Below, one piece after another: positions 38,571-50,583 of a stretch of 64,000 bases of DNA. Every line of letters begins with the position of its first letter. Position 1 is the stretch's first letter. This stretch comes from Macrostomum lignano (taxonomy: Eukaryota): the NCBI GenBank assembly GCA_002269645.1, contig NIVC01000725.1, positions 582,269 through 646,268 on the forward strand. Direction: 5' to 3'. The position numbers were made by a program, and so were the translations under genes. The notes under the pieces are model-generated. The model did not search any database. It was given only the letters and a program-made list of their open reading frames with translations, and was not told the DNA's origin.

Positions 38571-40332
38571 CCTCTGATCTCCACTCTGTGATCTCCCCTC
38601 TCTGATCTCCACTCTGTGATCTCCCCTCTCTGATCTCCACTCTGTGATCTCCTATCTCCGATCTCCCCTCTCTGATCTCCCCTCTCTGATCTCCCCTCTC
38701 TGATCTCCCCTCTCTGATCTCCCCTCTCTGATCTCCCCTCTCCGATCTCCCCTCTCTGATCTCCCCACTCTGATCTCCCTCTCTGATCTCCCCTCTCTGA
38801 TCTCCCCTCTCTGATCTCCCCTCTCTCATCTTCCCTCTTTGATCTCCCCTCTCTGATCTCTCCTCTCTGATCTCCCCACTCTGATCTCCCTCTCTGATCT
38901 CCCCTCTCTGATCTCCCCTCTCTGATCTCCCTTCTCTGATCTCCCCTCTCTGATCTCCCCTCTCTGATCTCCCCTCTCTGATCTCCCCTCTCTGATCTCC
39001 CTTCCCTGATCTCCCCTCTCTGCTGATCTCCCCTCTCTGATCTCCCTTCTCCGATCTCCCCTCTCTAAACTGTAGAGTATTTCATCTCCTTTAAAAATCT
39101 ATAAACATTGTTAACATGCTACTTATACAGTAGTATAGCAAAGGCACGTACAAAAAAAGTATTGAACCATGGCTACATTTGTATTAACCAATCAGAAATG
39201 CGAAAAGTTGGTCATGCTATTTTTAGTAACCAACCAATCACTCGAGACCCACAATTGTCAAGTTAAATCCCATTTGCGATTCATCATTGGTCACGTGTAA
39301 CCTACGTTTTTCAAATCTAACCCCACCTGCGATTCATCATCTGGCTTGCACCCAGTCTGCACTGAGCGAACCAATCAAACGCGACAGAAAAACACCAGAT
39401 AAGGTAACCAATCATGTGCGTTTTGCAGTAGACTAGTTGCATAACTTTCTGCCCTGTCATGCTTGACAACCACCGAATCGTGACCCTTTGACATTTACGC
39501 AGACAATGATGTACGACCTCGAGAGAGGCCCGAACGCCTATAAATACAAGTGGTCCGGAACGGACCCGGAGCCAAGAATCTCCGAGAGAGAGAAGCTCCG
39601 AAGAGGAAGTCATAGTCGACCTTCCTGGAACCAAGTCGACGAGCCTCGGCTGAGTTCTTGCGGTAAGCCTTACTCATTTGCGCCCGTTGGTTGAGACGTC
39701 TCGCTCAAGTCTAAGAGAGGCTTGAGTTTATTTGAGTCTGTTGAGACTCTTGAGTCTGTTTAGACTCCACTGGCTGCAGTCTCCAGAAGGACTGCCCCTG
39801 ATAGATCTTAGAAGACTATCAGTGGTTCCGGAGCCATACCCAAGAGTGCTGAGAGGCACTGCTAGAAGGAGTAGGCTTATTTGATACCGCAGTTTGGCGC
39901 AATGTACCCATTATTAATTTGGAAGCTTCCCATTGGTCCGAACTACAGCCACCGGCCGGCCAGAGACAAAGGAGAAACCGGACCAGACTTGACAGAAGAA
40001 ACAAAGGCGCCTTATCGAAGAAACCAAGAGATCTACGCGAGATCTACCCAGACGAGATCTACTCAAGGAAGAGATCTACTCAACAGGATTAAAGGTAATT
40101 GAATACCTTCGTTTGACTTACTGGGTTGCCTAGCTACAGAGCTAGAAGTGATTGTTCCTTGATTATCGAAAATCGGGTAATAAGGAACACATCAGAACTC
40201 CCTCTCTGATCTTCCCTCTCTGATCTCCCCTCTCTGATCTCCTATCTCCGATCTCCCCTCTCTGATCTCCTATCTCCGATCTCCCCTCTCTGATCTCCCC
40301 TCTCTGATCTCTCATCCATGATCTCCTCTCTC
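38571..40332. repeat. 14-bp minisatellite (CTCTGATCTCCCCT) split into 38571-39066 and 40198-40332 by an insertion
   Basis: The same unit occurs on both sides of a 1.1-kb unique segment. Confidence 0.9.
39067..40197. mobile_element. Unclassified ~1.1-kb insertion with LTR/promoter-like features
   Basis: Interrupts a satellite. Several CCAATC boxes (39188-39415), TATAAATA at about 39540, GAGATCTAC x4 (40028-40080) and a terminal TGTTCCTT..AAGGAACA hairpin. No TSD found. Confidence 0.4.
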
Positions 40333-40393
40333 AAAGCTATATTATAATATATCACAATGCGAAAAAAATTTTCCAAGCCAATAAGAATCAAGC

Positions 40394-41338
40394 TATTGCT
40401 ACACGATGAAAGCGGTCTTTCGCGTCCCTGAGATTTCCCTACTGAATCCCGGAATTACACTGCGATTTATATTGTCTATGGTCGCTTTGAAGCTCAACAG
40501 GAAGCAAGACATATATTTGTTGTATATTACTTTTTAAAATCCAAAGATTAACATAAACAACGATAGAACAAGCCGAGAGAAAAAATACAATGCAGCCAAT
40601 AACAATAAACTTTATAGGTCACTAATAATGCACTACTGCTGTTCTACGCAACATATTGTCACCATGTTTCAAATTAGAATTCTCACTTCAGAACGCCTGA
40701 TAGAACCATACGCGATCCGGATACAGGCCGCCAGTCGCTCCTCTGAGCACTTTTCAATATCAACATCAATTTTCAGGGACTCCATGGTCGATTGAAATTT
40801 TTCCAGAGCCCATTTCTATTGCTGACCAGCAAGCACTTGGTGGTTCACACGCTTTCTCTACCAGATCCAGGTCACGCATAATAATCTCGATGTCTTCGTT
40901 GGTCATAGATCTGGAGTCCAACAGTTCGGAGATCGTCGAATCCTCAATCCTCGAGGCGAATCCGGAAGCCATGTCTTCCAGACTGTTGGCGTCCATTTCC
41001 AAGGCGAATAGAATGTTGTCGGCTTCCATTCGTGCTGCTAATTCGGCCTTTGTCAGTCCGACGATGTCACCATATTCAATGTGCAGTAGACCGGTGGGAT
41101 ATGATGAATCGTCCTCCATTTTATCGCCAGTGAATGTCTATTGGCGCCCTCTCTGATGGCTCTGACTCTCGCGTCCCTCTCTTTCCAATTCTGTGGGTTT
41201 TGGCCACAGACATAAGAAAAATCGACATTGGTCATTAATGCGTGATTCCCAGTTAAGAGGTCTTTCGCGTCCTCGGACCGATCCGTTTTTAGGTCTATTT
41301 TTAAAAATAGCTATGAAAACTATCATCGTGTAGCAATA
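40394..41338. mobile_element. Non-autonomous TIR element with perfect 16-bp terminal inverted repeats (TATTGCTACACGATGA)
   Basis: 40394-40409 is the exact reverse complement of 41323-41338. Contains the 117-aa acidic ORF 41119-40766. Confidence 0.65.
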
Positions 41339-42653
41339 ACCATGTATAGCGTGGTTTCCTCGATATTTAATGTCTATGGCCTCGAGGCGCTTCGCCTAAA
41401 GACTTGCTTTTCCATTGTCTATTGCCCAAAAAGGGGTCTATGGAGCAACCAGTTTGAGAATCTGGGCGCGCAATTAATCCTTTCCATAGTGCTCGTGTAT
41501 CCTTCACGAATAACTTCACTGAAATAGCGTCTGCAAATAGATGGCACATCAAAAAACGAGTGACATTAACACTTTGATTTCAGAGAAACCAATCAAAACA
41601 GGCAAAGGCAAAACCATGGCATACAGTATAAGCCATGGCATACAGTGTTGGACAGATTGAAATCAAACCCGATCAATGTTCAGAGTATTTCTTCCTCATT
41701 TAAGCAGCGCGGGATGAAGCGAAGCATCTGCCGAAACCAGCGACCGCATTTGGCTACTGTGATCTCAGCCGTTGCCTCTTCCGCAATCCGATGAAGAAGG
41801 AATACGCGCTACTCTAGCAGTGTTGTCTCTGGAGGTGGATTGTCCAATTCGATTTGCACCTGTGGCTGCGCAAGTTGCCGCTTGATGGTCACCTTAAAAC
41901 AGGAATGCGCACACTCGGTCGGGTTCAGAAATGGAGAATATGGAGGCAGTACTACAACCTGCCAGTTCAGCTCAAACTGCTGGGGGATCCTCAGCCCGTT
42001 ATGGAAGCGAGCTCCATCAATGATGACTAAGAAGCTGTCGGCATTGTCTACATCATCTCGATTGTTGACAGCATGGAGCAGCTCCTCGACAAATGCTTGA
42101 AATACGTTTGCAGTCAGTGTGTGACCGACAATCTTGTGGTGTACCAAGCCGAGATTTGGTGCCACTGCCTGCGGGACATTGACCTGAACCCCACGCTCCG
42201 TGTGCAAAACACGTCGGACTCGCTGGCCACGTCTGCTGCGTCCTCGGGACCGGCGAGTCCAAATGTTGAAACCGGTCTCATCAACATAGATGAGGTGACG
42301 TTCAGGTGGAACACCAGTGAGCCAGTGAGCAAATTTTCGTCGGCGTGCCCGGTTTTCAGGACTATTCCTGACCACTGGCACATCGGCGTCTCGACCAAGG
42401 CACTTCAATGTAATCAGCTGTTTGTCCAAGGTCCGGCTTACAGTTGTAGTACTCACTTCGAGGCCTGAATAGGTGTCAGTCAGCTTGCTTCGCAACTCTT
42501 CAACGTCATTAGAGGATTGCTATCTAGTGATGAAAGAAGCAGTTGGATGCGTTGCTCTTCCAGTTTCGATGCTCGATCTCCACCCGTGGTGCGCGGTCCC
42601 GGCGTTCCGTGATCTCATAGCGACGCCTGATAGAATACACTGTTTTTCTCTTT

Positions 42654-43251
42654 GTTGTTGTTAAACGAGGGTGGGAAGCAGTGCTACCCGCGGATCAGCC
42701 CAGGGAAGGGCTCTGCCGCTGTAGTTAAGGGGCTAATCTACCAGGGGCATATAGCCCGAGTAGCCCAGATTGAGACCAGGACTCATGGCCTGGCGAGAGC
42801 CTTATTGGGTGCTACTAACCCAAGCCTATGGACTAAGACACTGCCAATCCAACTGTAGAATCAGGGCCGGTGCAAGGACCGAGTCCACCCAATCCACCCA
42901 TAATAACAAAACCCGAGTGGGCGCGAAAGATTTTGGAGTTTTCGAAAAGCGATCCGAGAGTGGGAATACCCAAGTCTGCGGAAGAATGCTTTAGATTGGA
43001 GTGAGACTGGGCAGCTTATAGCGATGGGCGACGAGGCTTTTTTACCACCCAGCTCTAAGAGATTTGGAATTACTAAGTAGCAGTCCGAGAGCGGAAAGAC
43101 CCGAGTCTACGGAAAAGGCTAAATTATTGGAGCGAGTCTGGAAGCTTTTTGCAATTGGGCGAGTCTCCTGTCAGGCAGGGACTATCAGTATAGGGTACTT
43201 GCGAGCCTCAAGGCTTTTTCGCTATCCAGCTCTAATAAGGCCAGGCCAAGG
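42654..43251 (-). mobile_element. 5'-truncated non-LTR retrotransposon fragment inserted in the Tc1 transposase
   Basis: 12-bp TSD GTTTTTCTCTTT at 42642-42653 and 43252-43263, and an (AAC)n 3' tail. Removing the insert rejoins LDVKRKT-VYSIRRRY in frame. Confidence 0.85.
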
Positions 43252-43700
43252 GTTTTTCTCTTTACGTCCAGCCATCGCGAAATGTGCTCAGCACTATCAC
43301 CTCTCTCGATGGCAGCGACAATCAGGTCGTACTTTTCGTTGCTTATCTTGCAATAGGGTTCTCGCCCTGCAGGATTCTGCTCATCCACTGCGTCTTGGGC
43401 TGTAGCAAAACTTTCGTCACTGCTCTGCTCGCTAAACTCTTTGTCTGTCAAGATCCATGTTTGTCTGATGAAATATGTTCTTTTTTATGGTCTAAGGCTT
43501 GCACAACTGTGAAAATAATTAATAGCGCGCCCAAATTCTCAAATTGGTTGCTCCATACAGAACCCCCTTTAGGGCCATAGACAATGAAAAGCAAGTCTTC
43601 AATAGCTTGATTTTCCCACTAAGGATTAAATTGCTTGTTCCTAGGCTCAATTGGCTTGAAAAATGCTATATTAAGCAGTAAACGAAGACGCTATTGTGCC

Positions 43701-43766
43701 CACAGATTCTATATTCTATATAGAATCTATATAGAATCTATATAGATATTCTATATAGAATCTGTG
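43701..43766. mobile_element. 66-bp palindromic hAT-like MITE
   Basis: TIR CACAGATTCTA/TAGAATCTGTG; 8-bp TSD ATTGTGCC at 43693-43700 and 43767-43774. Confidence 0.75.
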
Positions 43767-45229
43767 ATTGTGCCAATGCTCTTAGAATATGCCCAGCCAG
43801 TTTTGAGCAAGACTTGTAAAAACTGCTAAAAATAGATATGTGCAGTAGAAGTGCATGAACTAGTGCGTACAAACAAATCCAAAATGAGTGCCATTTTGCT
43901 TTTACTGCCTGTGAAAAGGCTCTGTATAATTAATACTCAAAGAAATGGATTAACTGATGAATAGCAGAACTAGTAGGAGTATCTGGAAACAAAACATTGT
44001 TAAAAGTTTTTTTAGAAAGTTATTAAAAAATTAATTATAACACCTCCTAAACAGCACAAGCATGCCTCAGAATAAAATTATTTACAATGCACAACGTAAT
44101 GATCGAATATTGTTTTCAATTAACTCATAATACAATGAAAAGATCGAAAAACGCTGAATAGACAATTAGACACGCTTCATACTACTCGTACTTATTAATA
44201 AGTAGTTTAGTGATACGCTCGTATTAGAAATTTCAAATTACGGCGTTGTATCGTGGTAGAAAATAGCTGTGTGGTTTACCATCCAGCGTCCATCAGCAGC
44301 TTCTCCCGCTGTTTCTTGATCAATCAGAATTCTCATCTTATTCCACACTGGTCTATTCAGTACGGTGCAGCTGCTGAAATGCATGAGTTTAGTTTGGAAC
44401 GAATTGAAAGAGCTTATCCGACAAATGAAGATACCAGACATGTTAAAGCTGCAGGTCCTACTCAACATATCGGAACTCGGGATCGACAGGTAATAAAAAT
44501 ATAAAAGGTATAGTATATTTTACCTTTGATCTGTGCTTTGCTCATTTGTGGAATTGGAGCTCGGCTGAGCTGTAGTGCTCATGGCAATTGTTTTTTTTTC
44601 GTCAGTAAGATTCCAATGGTTTTGAGTTCTGTTGCCTCTTAATGCCTTTCTACTGATTCCAATTCTGTACAACATTATATAGTTCTTTACTAAAATGCCC
44701 TTCAATCATTTACCAAAAAAACTTCATAACTTGCAATGTCAAGACTCAACTTTACATCACTTTTTCTATAAATGGTCGACATTCGACCCTTCTTTAAGGA
44801 AGGATGATCGTTTTGAATATTTTGATCTCAAGGTATGAGGTAGTACCGTGGTGTATCATTTTTGAAGAGATCTGAGTTTGCGCACAGTCTCAAAAGTGTT
44901 TGATTAAGTGTAAAATGGCCGATTGAACAAATGAATCTTGCGGATTTTTAATTATGGAGCTATACGATGCTCAGTCTTTTTAATTATTCATTCACCTGTG
45001 TACATAAAAAATCACAGAATAACTTCATACCACCTTTGAGAACGAATGCCTGACAAGATTTTTTACCCGTGTGCAGAAAAACAAAAAAACGCAAAAGTCT
45101 ATTTTTATCTAATACGAGCTAAACAAGAACATAGCGCAGCGTAAAACACCGTACCGCTAGAGGTACATATACTCTGCTTTCACACTGACCGATAGACTTG
45201 ATAGATTCGAGTGGTGAATTATCGATGAC

Positions 45230-46610
45230 ACCCACCCACATGCAGAACACGCACTCATCCACATGCAGGCTGCACGCATTCACCCACATGCAGAACACGC
45301 ATTCACCCACATGCAGGCTGCACGCATTCACCCACATGCAGAACACGCATTCACCCACATGCAGGCTGCACGCATTCACCCACATGCAGAACACGCATTC
45401 ACCCACATGCAGGCTGCACGCATTCACCCACATGCAGGCCACGCACTCACCCACATGCAGGCCACGCACTCACCCACATGCAGGCCACGCACTCACCCAC
45501 AAGCAGACACGCATGCACTCACCCACTTGACTTACTTGACTTAACTGCAGGCTAGGGGCTCCGTGCGTCCGGGAAACAGCGAGGAGCTGCGTTGCCGCCC
45601 ATTTCGCTAACCCCTGGCAACCACGGGCTGCGGTGTCGCGCAGGGAGTTCTGGTGGTGCCGGTGTCCGCAGCGCGGTCCCCCTCCGGAGAGTCCCAGGAG
45701 GTGGATTGTCGCTCGCCCGGTAGCCCTTAGGTAACGGACGAGCTGGCAGAGATTCTCGGGCCTGAAAACGTTGAAGAGGTCCGGGTTTGGGCCGAGGTAG
45801 GTGAGCCTGTCCTGAGTAAAGGCGGGGCATTCACAGATGAAGTGCTCCGCATTCTCGACACCGGAGAGGCAGAAAGGGCATTCCTCACTGTGGATTTTTT
45901 CCTGGAGGTGACGATGCCTGGCCAAACAGTAAAAGAACCGATCGAGCCAGCCAATTGGTCAGGCCATCGGCCAGCTCGTTGCCGGAGTGTCCCGAGTGCC
46001 CAGGGATCCAACCTTAGGGACCACCTTGTTAGAGGCGCCTAAGCGGTTGAGCTGCTCGATGCAGTCGAGGACTGTATGCGATCAGGTGGTGGTGCGTTCA
46101 AGGGCGTGGAGCGCCGCTTGACTGTCCTAGGAGGGTAATCTCCTTCGCCCAGACGCGTTGATTGTACAGCTCCATGGCGCAGCTAGGAGGTGATGGCAAG
46201 AACTTCTTTCTGGAAGACGGTGGAGCAGGTGCCGGTACATGAATTGGGAGAAGGTCGCCACAGTTCTCCCCCCCCCTGACACGATGCAGTGCTCGTAGCC
46301 GTAGCCAGAGGCGGAGTTGATTTGGGACCCATCAGTGAAGCAGTGGATTTCATGGGGTTTCCAGTTGTCTCTTGCTTCATGACGTGTGGAATGCTGGTTT
46401 TGAAGTTGAGCGGAGGGCAGAGCGTACGCGGGATACCAGGCCTCTCAGCGGGTCAGCAGGCCTCTCGCTGCTTTCAGGTCTCGCAGGCTGAGGTCGCCGT
46501 GCGGCCGGAGGTTCCGCTTTCTGAAGGCGAACTGCTTCTGGATTAGGAACACATGCAGCTGGGCCACGCACTCACCCACATGCAGGCCATACGCACCCAC
46601 ATGCAGACAC
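45230..46610. repeat. CACCCACATGCAG-based minisatellite (24/48-bp period), split by a LINE
   Basis: Units at 45230-45525 and 46548-46610. Confidence 0.85.
45526..46547 (-). mobile_element. 5'-truncated, degenerate non-LTR retrotransposon with RNase H and a C-terminal CCHC motif (I/R1/LOA-like group)
   Basis: The - strand frames give FTDGSQINSASGYG, TVFQKEVLAI, DSQAALHAL, WIPGHSGHSGNELADGL and [28 protein letters not shown] tail; stops and frameshifts present. Confidence 0.88.
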
Positions 46611-47204
46611 TGAGTGGCGGAATTTAAATTACGGAGTGCAATTCCTATAAGCTTTAGGGTCTTTTTTCGTGGGCGCTAATTGTGCCAAATTTGCTGATTT
46701 AAAACTGAAGTCTTGAATATACAGAATGTCTGTACATGCATGTACTTCGATCTGTATTTTGATTAATAACTTTTTAAAAAGTAAATTACTACCGTATTGG
46801 CTCGTATATACCGGCCCTATCTCTTTTCATTTGGGCGCCCCGTCTTTTGGTGAGCGCCCGTCTCTCAGCTAAGGTGCATGGGCGCCCCTATGCCCGTCAT
46901 CCATTGGACATGTGGATACTACTATACGTATGCATATGTACATGTACACTGTGTAGTAGGTAGTGGAAATAATGCCGCGTCGGGAACGTCCAATCGTTCG
47001 TCAAACATGCATCATGTATGGTACATGCGTACCATGTACATGTAGTACTAGCATATATGTACTTGTGAGGATAACGCACTGCCTTTAATGGCTTCAAGAG
47101 CTTTCCCGCTTCAAGTGAAAGTATTTTTTTTGAAGTACATGCAGTACATGTACATGTATAAGAATTGATCGTGATGCGTATGCAATTTTGTTCAGCTTTG
47201 AACC

Positions 47205-47760
47205 AAGGACCACTAGAAGTTACCGGTGTATCAGGACGCAACACTCGTAAATATTGTAAAATTATTTGAAGGCCCGCTTGTTTACGTGTATTTATCGGTA
47301 CTTGCCTTCAAAAAAGCATCTACTTGACTTGAGTCGACTGTTTTAAAGAATCGTACACTACATTTGAGCCTCAGAAGCTTCATGTAATATAATATAATAC
47401 TCGTTTTAAATATTTCCTAAGGTTTTATGCAGACAGCAGATACTGCTAGTCATAGTACTAAGAATTCAACAAAGCTTGAGAGAAGGTCAAAGGATCAGAA
47501 GGGATTCTAACTTTACTGTACGCCCGCCGCTCCTACATGTAGATATAGCGCCAGATCAGATATAGCATGTAGATATATCATGTTAAAGAAAACAAAATTT
47601 CGAGCAACCTGGCGAAAAAATTATCTTTCTAAGTGCAACCAGTCCGGAGTTATGAGCATTTAAAGTTTAGCTGCAATGCTAACAAGCGGGCCTTCAAATA
47701 ATTTTGCAATATTTACGAGTGTTGCGTCCTGATACAACGGTAACTTCTAGTGGTGCCCTT
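47205..47760. mobile_element. MITE with TIRs of about 74 bp
   Basis: ACCACTAGAAGTTACC..GAAGGCCCGCTTGTT (47209-47282) is inverted at 47681-47754 with about 2 mismatches; TSD not evident. Confidence 0.8.
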
Positions 47761-48644
47761 GCTTTGAACAGCAGATTTTAAAAAATGTGGGTAAAATGGA
47801 CATGCCCCATTTTTTTAGATAAAAAAGGACACTGCCCCATATAAATGGACTGCATTTTTAGCAATAGAAAAATGATAAAATTCGGCAGATTGAGATCGAA
47901 TATAGTCTGGATTCGAACTCTGGTCTCGATGCATTTGATACATGTATGTATTCAAGAAATCACATGTGCATGTATCTCCAGTGATTAATTTTCAGTGAGT
48001 ATTATTAGTTAAAATTCAATGATTTGTTTAGTTGGTAAATATTCTTACTTGTATTTCGGCGTTTAAATTTGTTATTTGCAGCACTTTTTAAACCGATTTC
48101 AAAATAAATAAGTCTTGCACATTTGCTGCATGATCGAGTACATAAGTACGTAATATGTCGTCGCTTTCCAGATTCCGACGATGATGATGTGACTAATGAC
48201 TTGCTATTGTCTAAATTGTGGTCTTGGTTCAAGTTTTTTATACTGTTACTACCGCCATGCCGTTGTTTATCAGGTGTGCACAATGCAAATTCGGAGTGAC
48301 AATGATGCAGCATCTAGAGAAGTTGCCCTGCCCCTGATCACAGATCAGTCATCTGGGTATGGGTTGGTTTGTCCAGTTATGAGATCGGCCTTGAAACCTA
48401 GTGTGATCTATCAGACTAAATGTATACTCTATGTTCTGATTGCTATCCAATTTAGAACTTTTTATTGATTTTAACACATTAAATGTCAAGTTTGCTTTAT
48501 AAGTAGGCCTACATAAAATGGGTAGTCCAGTCTGGTAAATTAGCAAATATCAAAATGACATTAGTCTGGGTCCGAGTCCGAGTCCATGAATTAGTTAGCC
48601 TATACTAGAGAATTTGCTGAAATGGCCACATGGCCTGAAATGGC

Positions 48645-49041
48645 TAGAGTTTGGATGGGATTGAAATCTACGAGTGGAATCGGGATTGGGAAAAATTATT
48701 TTCTCAGGATTTGGGAATCGGGATCAGGTCTTTTAGTGTATTGTAGCTTGTAGGTCCATATAAAGTTAAACAAAATTGAGCTAAAAATGTCAAGATCAAA
48801 AAGTAGAATACAACAAAATTGTCATTGATGCAAAGTTTTGTAGGCCCTAACCAAAAAATATAAAAATGTAATGAGTACAAGGTAAAACAAAATACTATTC
48901 AAGTAATCACTAATTCTATAAATTTTTAATCAAAATACCTGTTCCCAATTCTCGTGTTTTTTAGGGTTGGCATTCAAGAATCAAGTCCCATGGGAATCCA
49001 ATTTTCCTTGGGATCAGGATTGGGATCCCATTTGACCTCTA
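48645..49041. mobile_element. hAT-like MITE
   Basis: TAGAG..CTCTA termini with an imperfect TIR and subterminal GGGAT motifs; 8-bp TSD GAAATGGC at 48637-48644 and 49042-49049. Confidence 0.75.
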
Positions 49042-49137
49042 GAAATGGCTGAAATACACAGTAAATTTTTATGCCATACTTGCTTTGCTTTGAAGGGCAA
49101 ATATACTGCTTGAATTTGACTCTGCTCTTATAGAGGA

Positions 49138-49431
49138 CTAGAGTCTCATCCATAGATTGTTTCTAATGGGGCATATAGTTCTCCTTGCATAACAAGTTAA
49201 CAACTGTACTTGCTTCAGAAAGAGACATATTTTTGCTAGTGGCTTATCACTAATAGGTTGATCTAAGTTATAGAAGCACAGGCAGGACAATATTTGTTTG
49301 AATTTATCCCTTGACAGAGAGAATAGTTGCATCAGAAAGTCATAGTAGTATACAGAATCACCTGACCAGTAATAGGCCAGCTTTGGCTTCTTGTCAACAC
49401 CTATCAAAATTATAGGCCTAATGACAATCAC
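49138..49431 (-). pseudogene. piggyBac-type transposase fragment
   Basis: IGVDKKPKLAYYWS..SRDKFKQILSCLCFY..DKPLAKI matches the PGBD pattern GxxxxPxxxxYWS..MSRxRFxxIxxxLHF..DxLxK; frameshifted near the first catalytic D. Confidence 0.75.
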
Positions 49432-50583
49432 CTTAGGGGCCTATAAATCTCATTGGCCATGCAGTCTTTCTAGCTCATGATAATTTTAGAAATAGCTTGA
49501 ATGGCTTCACATTATTCATGTCTTCCATGCCTTGCTATTGGTCCATCTACGTATGTTCTTTCAAATAGTCTAGGCCTATTCCATTGGCAGTATTGGGCAT
49601 AGGCCTATTGTCTAGCAGATATAGCTTAAAGAAGGCTGACTTGTTTCCATTGGTAGTTTCAGGTGGCTGCCCTGATTGCAGCGCATGGGCATTTTGGCGG
49701 ACGGCGTCCGGCGCAGATCTAATACGGTGTGGCGCGGCGCGTATGGCGCGCGGCGATTAGTATGGCGCGGCGCGGAACTAATTAGATGCCGAGGCATTTA
49801 GGCTTGATAAGACAGTCATAGTTACTCCTGCCGTTTACCCAAAACTGCGTTAATTTTGCTTTAGGGTATCTTTCACAGGTAAGTCATTTCACAGCATGGC
49901 GCAGGTTGTGTAGGCGTCTGGCGTACTTAAGCCATGCGCTGCAATAGGGGTGGCTGCCAGTCAGGTCAAACTCTAGGTGACCCTAGAAGGTTGGGCATTG
50001 GGGATGGTCTGTTGTTTGCCCTTTTTTGTATAAGCACCCAATTGCCAGGTAGAGCCACAAGGTTCTATTCTTCATGTATGTCTAGATACAGCTCTTCATA
50101 GTTGCTTAGAGACTTGTCATCAATAACTATTGAGGACTCTGTTGCATTGTTGGTCTCCAAATCAGACTCAGAGCTTATGATTTAATTTATACTATGCTTG
50201 TCTAAATACAACACTGCTAGTAATATTATCCTTTAAGGCTTAAGGCAAGTCTGACTGCACCAGTAGGACAGAGCAGTTTGACTGCTCTAATCTACATGAG
50301 AATATATCTATAGCTATTACTATAGTCAGTATTCTATAGCCATAGCTAATTGAAATAAAACCATACAAGTACAACTGCTAGCCAACCTGGTTGATATAAA
50401 CTGGGGCACACCAAAGGCAAGGAACAAAATTGAAACCAATTTGACAACTTTAGAATATTGTTTATCTCTTTGAGAAAACTTGCTGATGAATTGAAGAATT
50501 TTTACTTTGCATTTTTAGTCAGAACATGGCTGCTATCATTTCAATAATCAATATTTAGTATTAATGGTACAAAAAAATTCCAG

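Larger units (their letters stand above)
40360..43670 (-). mobile_element. Decayed Tc1/IS630 (DDE_3) DNA transposon carrying nested insertions
   Basis: Transposase in pieces: 43451-43252 (HTH, ..SRWLDVKRKT), 42641-42500 (VYSIRRRYEITG..TL, then a frameshift), 42495-41809 (IYVDETG, IIDGARFH, LPPYSPFLNPTE). Imperfect inverted repeats at 41398-41476 and 43519-43600. Outer ends approximate. Confidence 0.85.

Noticed and set aside
48174-48274. Possible small exon (SDDDDVTNDLLLSKLWSWF..)
   Set aside because: It has AG/GT ends, but no homology is recognisable and its phase does not fit the neighbouring phase-0 exons.
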